The notes beneath the pieces were generated by a model. The model had not been told where the DNA came from. It made no database searches and saw nothing but the letters and a program-made list of their open reading frames with translations. From the IMG/VR virus record IMGVR_UViG_2681813215_000001, positions 4,521-68,520 of that record: a stretch of DNA of 64,000 nucleotides; one strand, given 5' to 3'. Below, piece after piece: positions 55,303 through 63,529 of the stretch; position 1 is the first letter of the stretch, and each line of letters begins with the position of its first letter. The translations under genes and the position numbers were made by a program. This DNA is from a virus. Taxonomy: Duplodnaviria; Caudoviricetes.

Positions 55303-55344
55303 ACCCCACCTCCGAGGCCTCGCAAGTGCGGGGTCTTTTTTGTT
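55303..55344 (+). terminator. Terminator-like hairpin plus U-tract after the tail operon
   Basis: ACCCC...GGGGT-CTTTTTT. Confidence 0.5.
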
Positions 55345-55360
55345 GCCCGAAGGAGGTCGC

Positions 55361-55486
55361 ATGTTCTCTCAACTACTGCGATACCCCGCCTTCTACGCCG
55401 CTGTAGCGGTGGCAGCGTTCGGGACCGGGGTGTGGCTCCGGTCCCGGCGACGCAAGGTGTTTGACCCGAGAGTGGGGGATATCTGA
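55361..55486 (+). CDS. 41-aa membrane protein upstream of lysA
   Basis: AAGGAGG RBS; MFSQLLRYPAFYAAVAVAAFGTGVWL. Confidence 0.65.
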   Translation: MFSQLLRYPAFYAAVAVAAFGTGVWLRSRRRKVFDPRVGDI

Positions 55487-55536
55487 TGCGTAAACGCATT
55501 GAACAGTGGTTGGCCGCGATCTGGTGGTCGTACTGA
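55486..55536 (+). CDS. 16-aa micro-ORF MRKRIEQWLAAIWWSY
   Basis: TGATG overlaps at both ends. Confidence 0.45.
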   Translation: MRKRIEQWLAAIWWSY

Positions 55537-56837
55537 TGCCGCGCGTGGTCTACGGGAATTCGTTCTCTGAGAACGGTTGGCCAATGGTCAATTCCGATGA
55601 GTGCACATGGGTCACCGTGCCGGGTACGTCGGTTAGTCTGCAGATTCAGAACGGGCAGCCGTTGGCGATTCTGCGGGCATTCGCAGCGGATTTCAACGCC
55701 TACGTTGAACCGCTGCGTGACCCGGACTCGGCGTGCTGGACACCCACCAACTCGGTGTCAACATCCAACCACCTGAGTGGTACGGCATGCGATTTCAACT
55801 GGAACGATCACCCATTCCAGGTGAGCTACGCCGGATTCTCATCGAAAGAGACGGCAACAGTTCGTGAGCTGCTCGACTTCTACGAGCAGACCGTCTTCTG
55901 GGGGCAGGACTGGCAGTCCCCGAAAGATGCCATGCACTTTCAGGTCGGCTACAACACCTACCAGAATCCGCACACCGCGGACTTCATCGCCCGCAAGATC
56001 CGCGCCGACGGATTCTCCACGTTCCGGCGCGGCAACTCGGTGGTGCTGTCAACCAAGGATCGACACGCGCTAGCGACTATCAACGAGGGTAAGCGACTCG
56101 GCATCACCCCCAAGGGAATCTGCATCGCCATCGCAGTGGAGCTGGTGGAAACCAACCTCACGATGTACGCGAACAGCAATGTCCCTGCGAGCCTCGGCTA
56201 CCCACACGAGAAGGTCGGTAGCGACCACGACTCCACTGGGCTGTTCCAGCAGCGCCAGGCATGGGGTCCTTTGTCGGAAACCATGGACCCCACCCTGTCG
56301 GCGCGACTGTTCTTCCTTGGCGGCCACAGCGGGCAGCGCGGTCTTACCGACTTCGACTACAACTCCAACTCTCGTACGCCCGGCGGATGGGCGCAGGCCG
56401 TGCAAGTGAGTGCTTTCCCGTACCGCTACGACGAGCGCTACACCGAGGCCCAGCAGATCTACGCCCGACTCAGCAATCTAGGAGATGAAGACATGGCCCA
56501 AGTGCCACAGGACCAGTGGGACACCCTCTATCGGCTATTCACTCAGCCCACAGTGGGATCGGTGTCCATGTACGCCACACCGGGCGAAGGCCCGATCTAC
56601 AACCTGGTGCAGCTGATTCAGTCGATCGACGGAGCTGCACATAAGGACCTGACTGTCGAGGCCGACGCCAAGCTCGGAGACCTCGAGGCCATCGGCCGTA
56701 TTGCTCGTGTGGCCGCCGGGCAGGGATCGCGCACTGACGCCGCCGCAGTCGCCCATGCCAAGGCATTCCTCGCCGAGCTCGAGGCCACCAACCCTGCAGT
56801 CCTGCAGGAGTTCATCTCTCAGAAGGGACAATCATGA
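55536..56837 (+). CDS. lysA: Lysin A (M15-type peptidase plus lysozyme-like domain)
   Basis: SNHLSGTACD...DAMHFQ; DHDSTGLFQQ...WAQAVQVSAFPYRY. Confidence 0.92.
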   Translation: MPRVVYGNSFSENGWPMVNSDECTWVTVPGTSVSLQIQNGQPLAILRAFAADFNAYVEPLRDPDSACWTPTNSVSTSNHLSGTACDFNWNDHPFQVSYAGFSSKETATVRELLDFYEQTVFWGQDWQSPKDAMHFQVGYNTYQNPHTADFIARKIRADGFSTFRRGNSVVLSTKDRHALATINEGKRLGITPKGICIAIAVELVETNLTMYANSNVPASLGYPHEKVGSDHDSTGLFQQRQAWGPLSETMDPTLSARLFFLGGHSGQRGLTDFDYNSNSRTPGGWAQAVQVSAFPYRYDERYTEAQQIYARLSNLGDEDMAQVPQDQWDTLYRLFTQPTVGSVSMYATPGEGPIYNLVQLIQSIDGAAHKDLTVEADAKLGDLEAIGRIARVAAGQGSRTDAAAVAHAKAFLAELEATNPAVLQEFISQKGQS

Positions 56838-57250
56838 CCGCCCAGATTCGCAAGTGGTACTACCTCATCGGCGCACTGGTGACAGCGCTCGTGCCGATTC
56901 TGGTGACCTCCGGTGTCGTCAGTGACACCCAGGGCAATGCGTGGATCAACGCCGTTGTTGCCATCGGTGGCGTTCTGGGTGCTGCGGGTCTCGGCACTGC
57001 CGGTGTGGTCTTGGGCAAGCAGATCAAGGGAGCCCCCGGTGCCGCAGCGGACAAGGCCGTCACAAGCCTGCAGGACATCCAGGCTCAGCTGAACTCCACC
57101 GCGCAGGCCGCGCAGGATCAGCTTGCCGCCGCCACCCAGGTTGCGGTGGACAGCATCAACAAGATTCAGCAGACCGTCGGTAACGTTGTCGGCCCCCAGG
57201 TTTCCCCGGGTCCACTGGCCGCGCAGGTCATCAAAAGTGTGACCGAGTGA
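56834..57250 (+). CDS. Holin
   Basis: IRKWYYLIG plus two TM helices; between lysA and lysB. Confidence 0.85.
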   Translation: MTAQIRKWYYLIGALVTALVPILVTSGVVSDTQGNAWINAVVAIGGVLGAAGLGTAGVVLGKQIKGAPGAAADKAVTSLQDIQAQLNSTAQAAQDQLAAATQVAVDSINKIQQTVGNVVGPQVSPGPLAAQVIKSVTE

Positions 57251-58215
57251 TCCTTACCCTCGGTTCCCATGGGGATGTAGTCGCGAGGTGGCAGCGGGTC
57301 ATGGTGGCCCGCTACGCCTCCTACGCGAAAGCTGCAGACGGCGGCCCGCTGAAGGTTGATTCGTACTTCGGGTACGACGACCAAGATGTCCAGAAGGAAT
57401 ACCAGCGCCGCACCAACCAACCCCAGAACGGGATTGTGTCTAGCGACGACCTGATCAGGCTCGGCGTCACCCCAGTCCTATTCACAGTCCAGGGCACGGG
57501 TGTTGACATGTGGACCGGCTACCCAGCCGACACCGCCAGGGCATGCCTCGATCTGTGTCATTGGCAGCCCATCGGGAACTATCCCGCTGATCCGTTTCCG
57601 ATGTGGCGGTCCGTGCTGCAAGGGATTGCCGAATTACGTCTGCAGTTGCGCGATTACAACAACCGATACCCCGGATGCCGGATCTGGCTGGCTGGGTACA
57701 GCCAGGGGGCGATCGTCACATCTTGGGTGTACAAGCACGACATCGTGGACCCTAATGGCATGCTGCACGATCTGCTGCCTCAGGTGAAAAAGGCTGTCAC
57801 ATGGGGAAACCCTATGAGAGAACTTCACAAGGCGAACGGAAACGTCCGAGCCGGCTGGGTAGTGCCGGATGGACAGGGCATTCTGTATGACCGGCTGCAG
57901 GGCACCCCCGACTACTGGCTCGACTTCGCACACGGAGCCAATAGCGATTGGGGTCGGGACCTCTACACCGACACCGAAGTTGGGCCACGCGGCGACAACG
58001 AATCGGCGATCTGCGACATCATCATGCAGCAGACGCTATGGAGCGGACCGATCTCCCTCGCCAAGCGATTCGCGCATCTCGTAGCGGATCCGATAGAGGG
58101 TCTCCCGGCGGTTTTCGAGTCGATCTATGACGCGGGAATGTTCTTCGGCAGCGGCACGGCGCCGCACGTGAACTACGACCCGCAACCCGCTATCGACTAT
58201 CTGCGTGCCGCATAG
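57247..58215 (+). CDS. lysB: Lysin B (PG-binding domain plus cutinase-like esterase)
   Basis: GSHGDVVARWQR N-terminus; AGYSQGA; WGNPMRE; PHVNY. Confidence 0.92.
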   Translation: MILTLGSHGDVVARWQRVMVARYASYAKAADGGPLKVDSYFGYDDQDVQKEYQRRTNQPQNGIVSSDDLIRLGVTPVLFTVQGTGVDMWTGYPADTARACLDLCHWQPIGNYPADPFPMWRSVLQGIAELRLQLRDYNNRYPGCRIWLAGYSQGAIVTSWVYKHDIVDPNGMLHDLLPQVKKAVTWGNPMRELHKANGNVRAGWVVPDGQGILYDRLQGTPDYWLDFAHGANSDWGRDLYTDTEVGPRGDNESAICDIIMQQTLWSGPISLAKRFAHLVADPIEGLPAVFESIYDAGMFFGSGTAPHVNYDPQPAIDYLRAA

Positions 58216-58339
58216 CCATTGCGGCTAAAGAACGGCATTGTCACTGCTGGACAGTAGGATTGAAATCGGGACCGGGCGCGCTACCAACGCAACCCGATCC
58301 CTAACCCACCAATCTGAGCAAGCAGAAGGAGGGCTAGCA

Positions 58340-58861
58340 GTGAATGCTACCCGCGAACAATGGCGTCCTGTAGTCGGCTGGGAAAACCTGTACGAGGTCA
58401 GCGACCAGGGGCGAGTTCGATCACTTGACCGCATGGTTCCGGTTGGGCGATATGGCAAGCCCACCTTCCGAGCGGGGAGGGTCCTTAAACCTAGCCCCGG
58501 AGCCACCGAATACCCACGGGTAACGCTCATTGATGCGGCTAGCGGGTTGAAGCGTTTTGCCAACATCCACAGCCTGGTCCTAGAGGCATTCATTGGGCCG
58601 CGACCTGACGGTATGGAGTGCTGCCACAACGACGGCGATAGGTCCAATGCCAGATTGTCAAACCTGCGGTGGGATACACGCTCGGAGAACACATTAGATG
58701 CAGTCAGGCAGCGCACAAACCATAACGCCAAGAAGCAAACCTGCCCGAATGGCCACCTGTATGACGGCGTCTATCGCGGCAAGCGGGGCGCAGCGCGCTA
58801 TTGCAAGCGTTGCACGAAGGCGCGCGCTCAACGCCGCAGTCGCGAACTCCGTTCCGCTTAA
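58340..58861 (+). CDS. NUMOD4-HNH homing endonuclease
   Basis: WRPVVGWENLYEVSDQGRVRS; IHSLVLEAF...CCHNDGD..N; GAAGGAGG RBS. Confidence 0.92.
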   Translation: MNATREQWRPVVGWENLYEVSDQGRVRSLDRMVPVGRYGKPTFRAGRVLKPSPGATEYPRVTLIDAASGLKRFANIHSLVLEAFIGPRPDGMECCHNDGDRSNARLSNLRWDTRSENTLDAVRQRTNHNAKKQTCPNGHLYDGVYRGKRGAARYCKRCTKARAQRRSRELRSA

Positions 58862-58942
58862 CTGAAGTTACTGCTGCCCGCCGACCTCACTTAACAACTG
58901 AATAGAGCCCTCGAAGCGCCCCATGAAAGGCGGTTCAAACAA

Positions 58943-59164
58943 ATGTCCATCCGTGAAATGTTTGCGGAGCGGTCAAAGCCGCAGCCGCGCGTATGCACCA
59001 CCTGTGAGTGGTTCTCTGGACAGTCGGACGATGAGCAGGCCGCGGCGAGGGAATGGGTCGAGGCGGGTTTCTCAGTCGAGGAGCTTTGGCGTGGACTAAA
59101 GAAGCTGGGGTACCCACTGGGCGCGATCTCATTGCGCCGTCACGTCAGGGAGTGCCTGGGGTGA
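58943..59164 (+). CDS. Small Zn/HTH-like protein coupled to the phosphoesterase
   Basis: CTTCEW...SLRRHVREC. Confidence 0.7.
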   Translation: MSIREMFAERSKPQPRVCTTCEWFSGQSDDEQAAAREWVEAGFSVEELWRGLKKLGYPLGAISLRRHVRECLG

Positions 59165-60294
59165 CAATCCGAGACAATCTCAACCGGATGCTGGAAGCTC
59201 CGACGGCCGAGGAGAAGCGGTACACACCGGAGACCACGTTCGATGGTTCTGCGGGGCATATCCAGACCGGAACGATGAAAGCCGCCGATCCGGTGGACTA
59301 CACGGATCTACTCAAGCAGTTCGGGTATGACCCGGATGAGGTTCAGATCGTCGGTTCGGTGCGTACGTCGCGGTGGCAGCAGCGTGAGGATGGGGAGTGG
59401 CTGGTTGCGTACCGGTTCAACATCGCGCCCCGACAGACAATCTCCACCCTCGATCTGGAAGCACTCGTCAAGAAGGCCAAGACTCACAAACCAGTTGGTG
59501 CTAAAGGCCATTGGCTCGTATTTCAAGCAGCAGATCTACAGCTGGGCAAAAGATCACGTGACGGCTCAACCGAGCAGATAGTCGAAAACTACCTGGATAG
59601 TTTGCAACGAAGTATCGAACAGTATCGAGTACTGAAGCGGTACGGCATTGAGGGTATCCAGGTTTCCATGCCGGGGGACTGCATTGAAGGCGTGGTGAGC
59701 CAATCGGGGCGCAACCTGTGGTTGACCCAAGAGACGATCACGGAGCAGACCCGCATCTTGCGCAGGTTGATGGTCGCGACCGTAGACGCGTTCCGGCCGC
59801 TAGTCGATCAGGTCTATCTAGATGTTGTGAATGGGAACCATGATCAAAGTCAGCGCCAGCAGAACACCTACCCAGGAGATGGGTGGGCCACCGAGTGTGC
59901 GATAGCGGTACATGATGCGCTACAGCTGAATCCCGCAGCCTATGGTCACGTCTCTGTGCGGACCCCTGACCGATGGTCCAACTCCATGACCGTGCCAGTC
60001 GGGTCCAGTGTTGTGACAGTCACCCACGGTGATGCATGGCGTCGCGGTAAGGGAATGCTGTGGTGGTCGGGCCAAACCTTCACGTGTCAGCCGGCGGGCG
60101 CGGCCCAGGTATTGCAGCACGGTCACTGGCACGGCTTGGATATTGAGAAGGATGGCGACAGAACCCGCCTCTGCTGCCCGGCACTTGATTGTGGGTCGGA
60201 TTGGTACCGGAACCTATCGGGATCTGAATCGCGCCCTGGCGCGCTGACCTACCTGCTCGATCACGGCCAGTTTTCCCACCTTTCGGTTGTGTAG
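59161..60294 (+). CDS. Calcineurin-like metallophosphoesterase
   Basis: ADLQLGK, PGDCIEG, NGNHD, THGD, HGHWH motifs in order. Confidence 0.85.
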   Translation: MTIRDNLNRMLEAPTAEEKRYTPETTFDGSAGHIQTGTMKAADPVDYTDLLKQFGYDPDEVQIVGSVRTSRWQQREDGEWLVAYRFNIAPRQTISTLDLEALVKKAKTHKPVGAKGHWLVFQAADLQLGKRSRDGSTEQIVENYLDSLQRSIEQYRVLKRYGIEGIQVSMPGDCIEGVVSQSGRNLWLTQETITEQTRILRRLMVATVDAFRPLVDQVYLDVVNGNHDQSQRQQNTYPGDGWATECAIAVHDALQLNPAAYGHVSVRTPDRWSNSMTVPVGSSVVTVTHGDAWRRGKGMLWWSGQTFTCQPAGAAQVLQHGHWHGLDIEKDGDRTRLCCPALDCGSDWYRNLSGSESRPGALTYLLDHGQFSHLSVV

Positions 60295-60302
60295 GAGATG
60301 CC

Positions 60303-60530
60303 ATGAGCGACAACCATCCCGACGAACTCATACAGCAGTACGTCGATGCTGTTGATAGCGAACCGGAATGGGGTGTATCCGGCTTTGTGCTGATGGTCGG
60401 ATTCGAGCGCGTCGATTCAGACGGCACACTCCTACATGAGTACAAGGTGTACACGCGGCACAACCAACCGCCATGGACCACACACGGACTGATAGCAGAC
60501 AGTGTGGAACACCTAGAGCGAACAGAGTGA
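60303..60530 (+). CDS. Hypothetical protein
   Basis: AGGAG RBS; often accompanies such phosphoesterases. Confidence 0.7.
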   Translation: MSDNHPDELIQQYVDAVDSEPEWGVSGFVLMVGFERVDSDGTLLHEYKVYTRHNQPPWTTHGLIADSVEHLERTE

Positions 60531-60535
60531 TTGCC

Positions 60536-60724
60536 TCAGCTGTACTCAGACGGACTCTTACCCATGGTGTCCCACGGGAAGTACAAGACAGCGTCGGTTC
60601 CCCATGCCTCGGCAATCTGGGCGGCGCGCTCCATGTTGCGCAGCGTGATCCAGTCCATCACGTCCCGCTCGCGGAACCGGCCATTTTCATCCGGTTTCGG
60701 AAAACCTGTTAGGTCTTCTTCCAT
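60536..60724 (-). CDS. Counter-oriented hypothetical protein (moron-like)
   Basis: Has its own TAGAC-box promoter. Confidence 0.65.
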   Translation of the reverse strand: MEEDLTGFPKPDENGRFRERDVMDWITLRNMERAAQIAEAWGTDAVLYFPWDTMGKSPSEYS

Positions 60725-60765
60725 CTCTCAATTTTACGGCGCTACAGCAGTATCCACGGGGTCTA
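60722..60765 (-). promoter_or_regulatory. TAGAC-box element, copy 6
   Basis: TAGACCCCGT-N19-TAAAAT-TGAGAG-ATG on the minus strand. Confidence 0.75.
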
Positions 60766-60775
60766 GATAGTGAAA

Positions 60776-60808
60776 GGCCCCCGCGTGAGAGAGCTGTACG
60801 CGGGGGCC
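60776..60808. terminator. GC-rich hairpin
   Basis: GGCCCCCGCGT...ACGCGGGGGCC 11-bp IR. Confidence 0.5.
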
Positions 60809-60905
60809 GTCCTGCCCACGATTGATTGCCGCTTCTAACTTTACTCCGCTTCTCCGACATCACCGGGGTTTATCCGTCCTACCCATCTTCAAGTTAGGGG
60901 TCATC

Positions 60906-61241
60906 ATGGCTTTGATTGATGTGAACAATCCTCCCCAGCAGGGCGTCATATACCTGAGCAAGGGCTGCAATGTTGCGTTGACTTTCCGGTGCTTCGACGG
61001 GGATGAAAACCCGATTGATTTGAGTGGCGGCCTGGAGATCGAGATCGATCAGGGAACCGCTGATGCTGTACACATCGAGGGCGACATATCAGAGGACTCG
61101 TTTTCTGCATCGGTCCTGCTTCCATCGGAGGTGTCGGACACTGCCAAGAGTGGATGGCAGTGGCGGGTGAAGCTTTTGCCCTCCAAGCAGCCTCTAATAG
61201 TGGGTGTTTTCGAGCGGCGGGACGGCAAGGTCAATGTCTAA
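60906..61241 (+). CDS. Beta-rich protein (BppU N-terminal/LtfC-like)
   Basis: IYLSKGCNVALTFRC...PIDLSG...WQWRVKL. Confidence 0.65.
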   Translation: MALIDVNNPPQQGVIYLSKGCNVALTFRCFDGDENPIDLSGGLEIEIDQGTADAVHIEGDISEDSFSASVLLPSEVSDTAKSGWQWRVKLLPSKQPLIVGVFERRDGKVNV

Positions 61242-61536
61242 CATCACCGTTGAAGTTGAATCCGATGTAGTTAACGTGACGATGGATGATGATCCCACCG
61301 TTTTCACGGTTCAGATCGGCGGCCCCACCGGAACTAGTGGCTCTGGGGGGTATTACCGTCATGAACAGGCTTCAGCGTCTGACGAATGGGTGATCGAACA
61401 CGGTTTATCCCAGCCGATCTCGGCATGCCACATCGTGTGCGACGGCGCCCAGGTATTAGCGCCTTGGGTTGAGGACGAGGGTTCCGTAACGATCAGTTTC
61501 GGTAAGCCCTACACGGGCTACGCGGTTCTGTCCTAG
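61234..61536 (+). CDS. Small virion-appendage-like protein
   Basis: YYRHEQASASDEWVIEHGL motif. Confidence 0.65.
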   Translation: MSNITVEVESDVVNVTMDDDPTVFTVQIGGPTGTSGSGGYYRHEQASASDEWVIEHGLSQPISACHIVCDGAQVLAPWVEDEGSVTISFGKPYTGYAVLS

Positions 61537-61547
61537 AGAGGATTGCC

Positions 61548-62006
61548 ATGGCTGACATAGTTTTTGGGAACAATGTAGACGCGCAGGGCTTCAAGATAAC
61601 GAACGCGGCCGACGGGGTCGCAGCGGGGGATCTCGTCACCAAACGACAACTGGACTACGCAATCCTGCTCGCCACCCTGGCTTTTAAGGGAACCGCGATC
61701 AAGAACCCGGTGCGTGTTGTCGCCACCACCCCGATAACGCTCTCAGGTCTGCAGACCGTCTCAGGTGTCGCACTGTCCGCATACGATCGCGTACTGGTGA
61801 ACGGTCAGGCCGACCCGATCCAAAACGGCTTCTACGACGCCGCGTTTGGGGCATGGTCGCGTTCCTTCGACGCAGCAGCAGGCGACATACTTTCCTCGGG
61901 GACGATCGTCGTGGCCACCGAGAGCACAGAAAAGCTGTGGACGATCGCCACCACTTCAATCATCGGAACTAGCGCCCAGAACTGGGCACCACTCCTAGGT
62001 TCCTAG
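61548..62006 (+). CDS. Head/tail fibre-like protein
   Basis: KITNAADGVAAGDLVTKRQL; VRVVATTPITLSGLQTVSGVALSAYDRVLVNGQ. Confidence 0.7.
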   Translation: MADIVFGNNVDAQGFKITNAADGVAAGDLVTKRQLDYAILLATLAFKGTAIKNPVRVVATTPITLSGLQTVSGVALSAYDRVLVNGQADPIQNGFYDAAFGAWSRSFDAAAGDILSSGTIVVATESTEKLWTIATTSIIGTSAQNWAPLLGS

Positions 62007-62029
62007 CGCCACGGAACACCTGGAATGAT

Positions 62030-62341
62030 TCAGCGCCGTCGAGCTTCTTCGGCGGGCGGGTAGCCGTCGTAGAAAGAACCCTGGGGCCATATGGCGCTTT
62101 CAAGCGACTTGATTGACTCAGCCGTTGTCGCGTCAAGTTCGCCGATAATCCCGCCTGTTTCCATCGGTGGCATCTCGCGGTAATTGGTCTGCCATGGACT
62201 TTCTCGCCACATCAGATCCAAAAGCTCTTGAGAGCCACCCGTCAGTGTGTCGCCACGCTTAGCATTCTGCCGCAGCCACAGGTATGCCGCCTCCGTGGTT
62301 CCATGATCAGCCAAGAGTGCCACCCATGAGTATTCAGCCAT
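62030..62341 (-). CDS. Counter-oriented hypothetical protein (moron-like)
   Basis: Has its own TAGAC-box promoter. Confidence 0.7.
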   Translation of the reverse strand: MAEYSWVALLADHGTTEAAYLWLRQNAKRGDTLTGGSQELLDLMWRESPWQTNYREMPPMETGGIIGELDATTAESIKSLESAIWPQGSFYDGYPPAEEARRR

Positions 62342-62382
62342 GCCTTAATTTTACGGCGTTACAGCAGAAGTAGCGGTGTCTA
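62339..62382 (-). promoter_or_regulatory. TAGAC-box element, copy 7
   Basis: TAGACACCGC-N19-TAAAAT-TAAGGC-ATG on the minus strand. Confidence 0.78.
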
Positions 62383-62386
62383 GCGG

Positions 62387-62482
62387 GTGGTACGGATGCG
62401 CCAACTGTAATGGCAGGACCGTACCGAAAGTGGTACGGATGCGCCCACGTCAGTGTCAGAACCGTACCAAAAAGTGGTACGG
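62387..62482. repeat. 43-44 bp periodic palindromic repeat array
   Basis: GTGGTACGG at 62387, 62430, 62474; ACCGTACC at 62418, 62461; two different 15-nt spacers. Confidence 0.85.
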
Positions 62483-62508
62483 GGTAGCGATTTCACCGGG
62501 AGGGTCCC

Positions 62509-62751
62509 ATGGCTTTACATCCATCCGATTGGGCTTGGATCACTATGGCTGCTGGGATCGTCGCCTACGAGATCGCCTGCCCGCCGGGGGAACTACTCAG
62601 TGACGCTACGACGAGGTACGGGCAGTCCCACATGTTCCTCAGCTCCGCGGTCATCGGGGTAGTCGCAGTACACCTACTGCGCACCACCGGACTCTTGCGG
62701 TTCATCCCCGAACAGCTCGACCTCATCCATCTGTTGGCTTCACTGAAATGA
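62509..62751 (+). CDS. Small membrane protein
   Basis: DWAWITMAAGIVAYEIACPPGELLS. Confidence 0.75.
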   Translation: MALHPSDWAWITMAAGIVAYEIACPPGELLSDATTRYGQSHMFLSSAVIGVVAVHLLRTTGLLRFIPEQLDLIHLLASLK

Positions 62752-62812
62752 GAGGACACCCCATGTGCAGATACGGGTTTGAAAAGAGCGTCCTGTCGAC
62801 GGGTACTCCACG

Positions 62813-63148
62813 GTGAATGTCGCTGAGGTAGTCGGCTTGATCGCTGGCTCATCGCTCCTGTCCTCGCTCGGTGTAGCCCTCCTATCCCGCAAGAGCAACA
62901 CCTTCTCCAAATTCACCGAGGCCTACGAAGCCCTAGCTGATCGGGTTACCAAGCTCGAAGAGAAGCTCGTCGCCGTAGAAGCCGCGTACTCCAATGAGCA
63001 GGAGCAGCACGGAAACACACGCGGTCTGCTGAGAATCGCCCTGCGCTACATACGTGACGTCCTCGCTTGGGGAGTAGGGGACCGCGTACACCCACTACCT
63101 GAACCGCCAGCAGAGATATTCCGGCACCTAACGCAGCCCGAAACTTAG
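62813..63148 (+). CDS. Membrane-anchored coiled-coil protein
   Basis: N-terminal TM, YEALADRVTKLEE coil, PLPEPP. Confidence 0.75.
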   Translation: MNVAEVVGLIAGSSLLSSLGVALLSRKSNTFSKFTEAYEALADRVTKLEEKLVAVEAAYSNEQEQHGNTRGLLRIALRYIRDVLAWGVGDRVHPLPEPPAEIFRHLTQPET

Positions 63149-63190
63149 ACCTCGCCGTTGTCCATGGTCACCAATAGAATTGGTTTTATG
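63146..63190 (+). promoter_or_regulatory. TAGAC-box element, copy 8
   Basis: TAGACCTCGC-N19-TAGAAT-N7-ATG; begins with the upstream stop codon. Confidence 0.7.
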
Positions 63191-63430
63191 ATCGAACTGC
63201 AAGCTGATGGATGGTTCCAGGTCACCGATCAAGGGGTGTGGGCAAGTTTCGAGCCAGGTCGCCTTCCGCTCGAACTCAATCACCCGCGAGACTTGCTGAA
63301 CTGCGAGGTCGATGTCGATGGATACCACTTCACTGTAAAAGGCATTGAGCACTGGGCTATTGAGTGTCCGCGAGATGCCCAACGATGCGGACACCCATTC
63401 GGACTACGGCTCGAATCTCGCCCAACGTAG
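63188..63430 (+). CDS. Hypothetical protein
   Basis: MIELQADGWFQV; start chosen from promoter geometry. Confidence 0.6.
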   Translation: MIELQADGWFQVTDQGVWASFEPGRLPLELNHPRDLLNCEVDVDGYHFTVKGIEHWAIECPRDAQRCGHPFGLRLESRPT

Positions 63431-63472
63431 ATCCTCCCAGCCCCCTAGTCCCACCCCACAAGGGTGGTAGAG

Positions 63473-63525
63473 ACGCCCCCTGGCTCCCATGTACCCCCGC
63501 ATGGTCGAGCCGGGGGGCGTTTTTT
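63473..63525. terminator. Terminator between convergent genes
   Basis: ACGCCCCCTGGCTC...GAGCCGGGGGGCGT-TTTTT. Confidence 0.7.
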
Positions 63526-63529
63526 GCGT

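Noticed and set aside
62387-62482. Bona fide CRISPR array
   Set aside because: Only one full and two partial repeats, 15-nt spacers are too short, and there are no cas genes; kept as an unexplained repeat instead.
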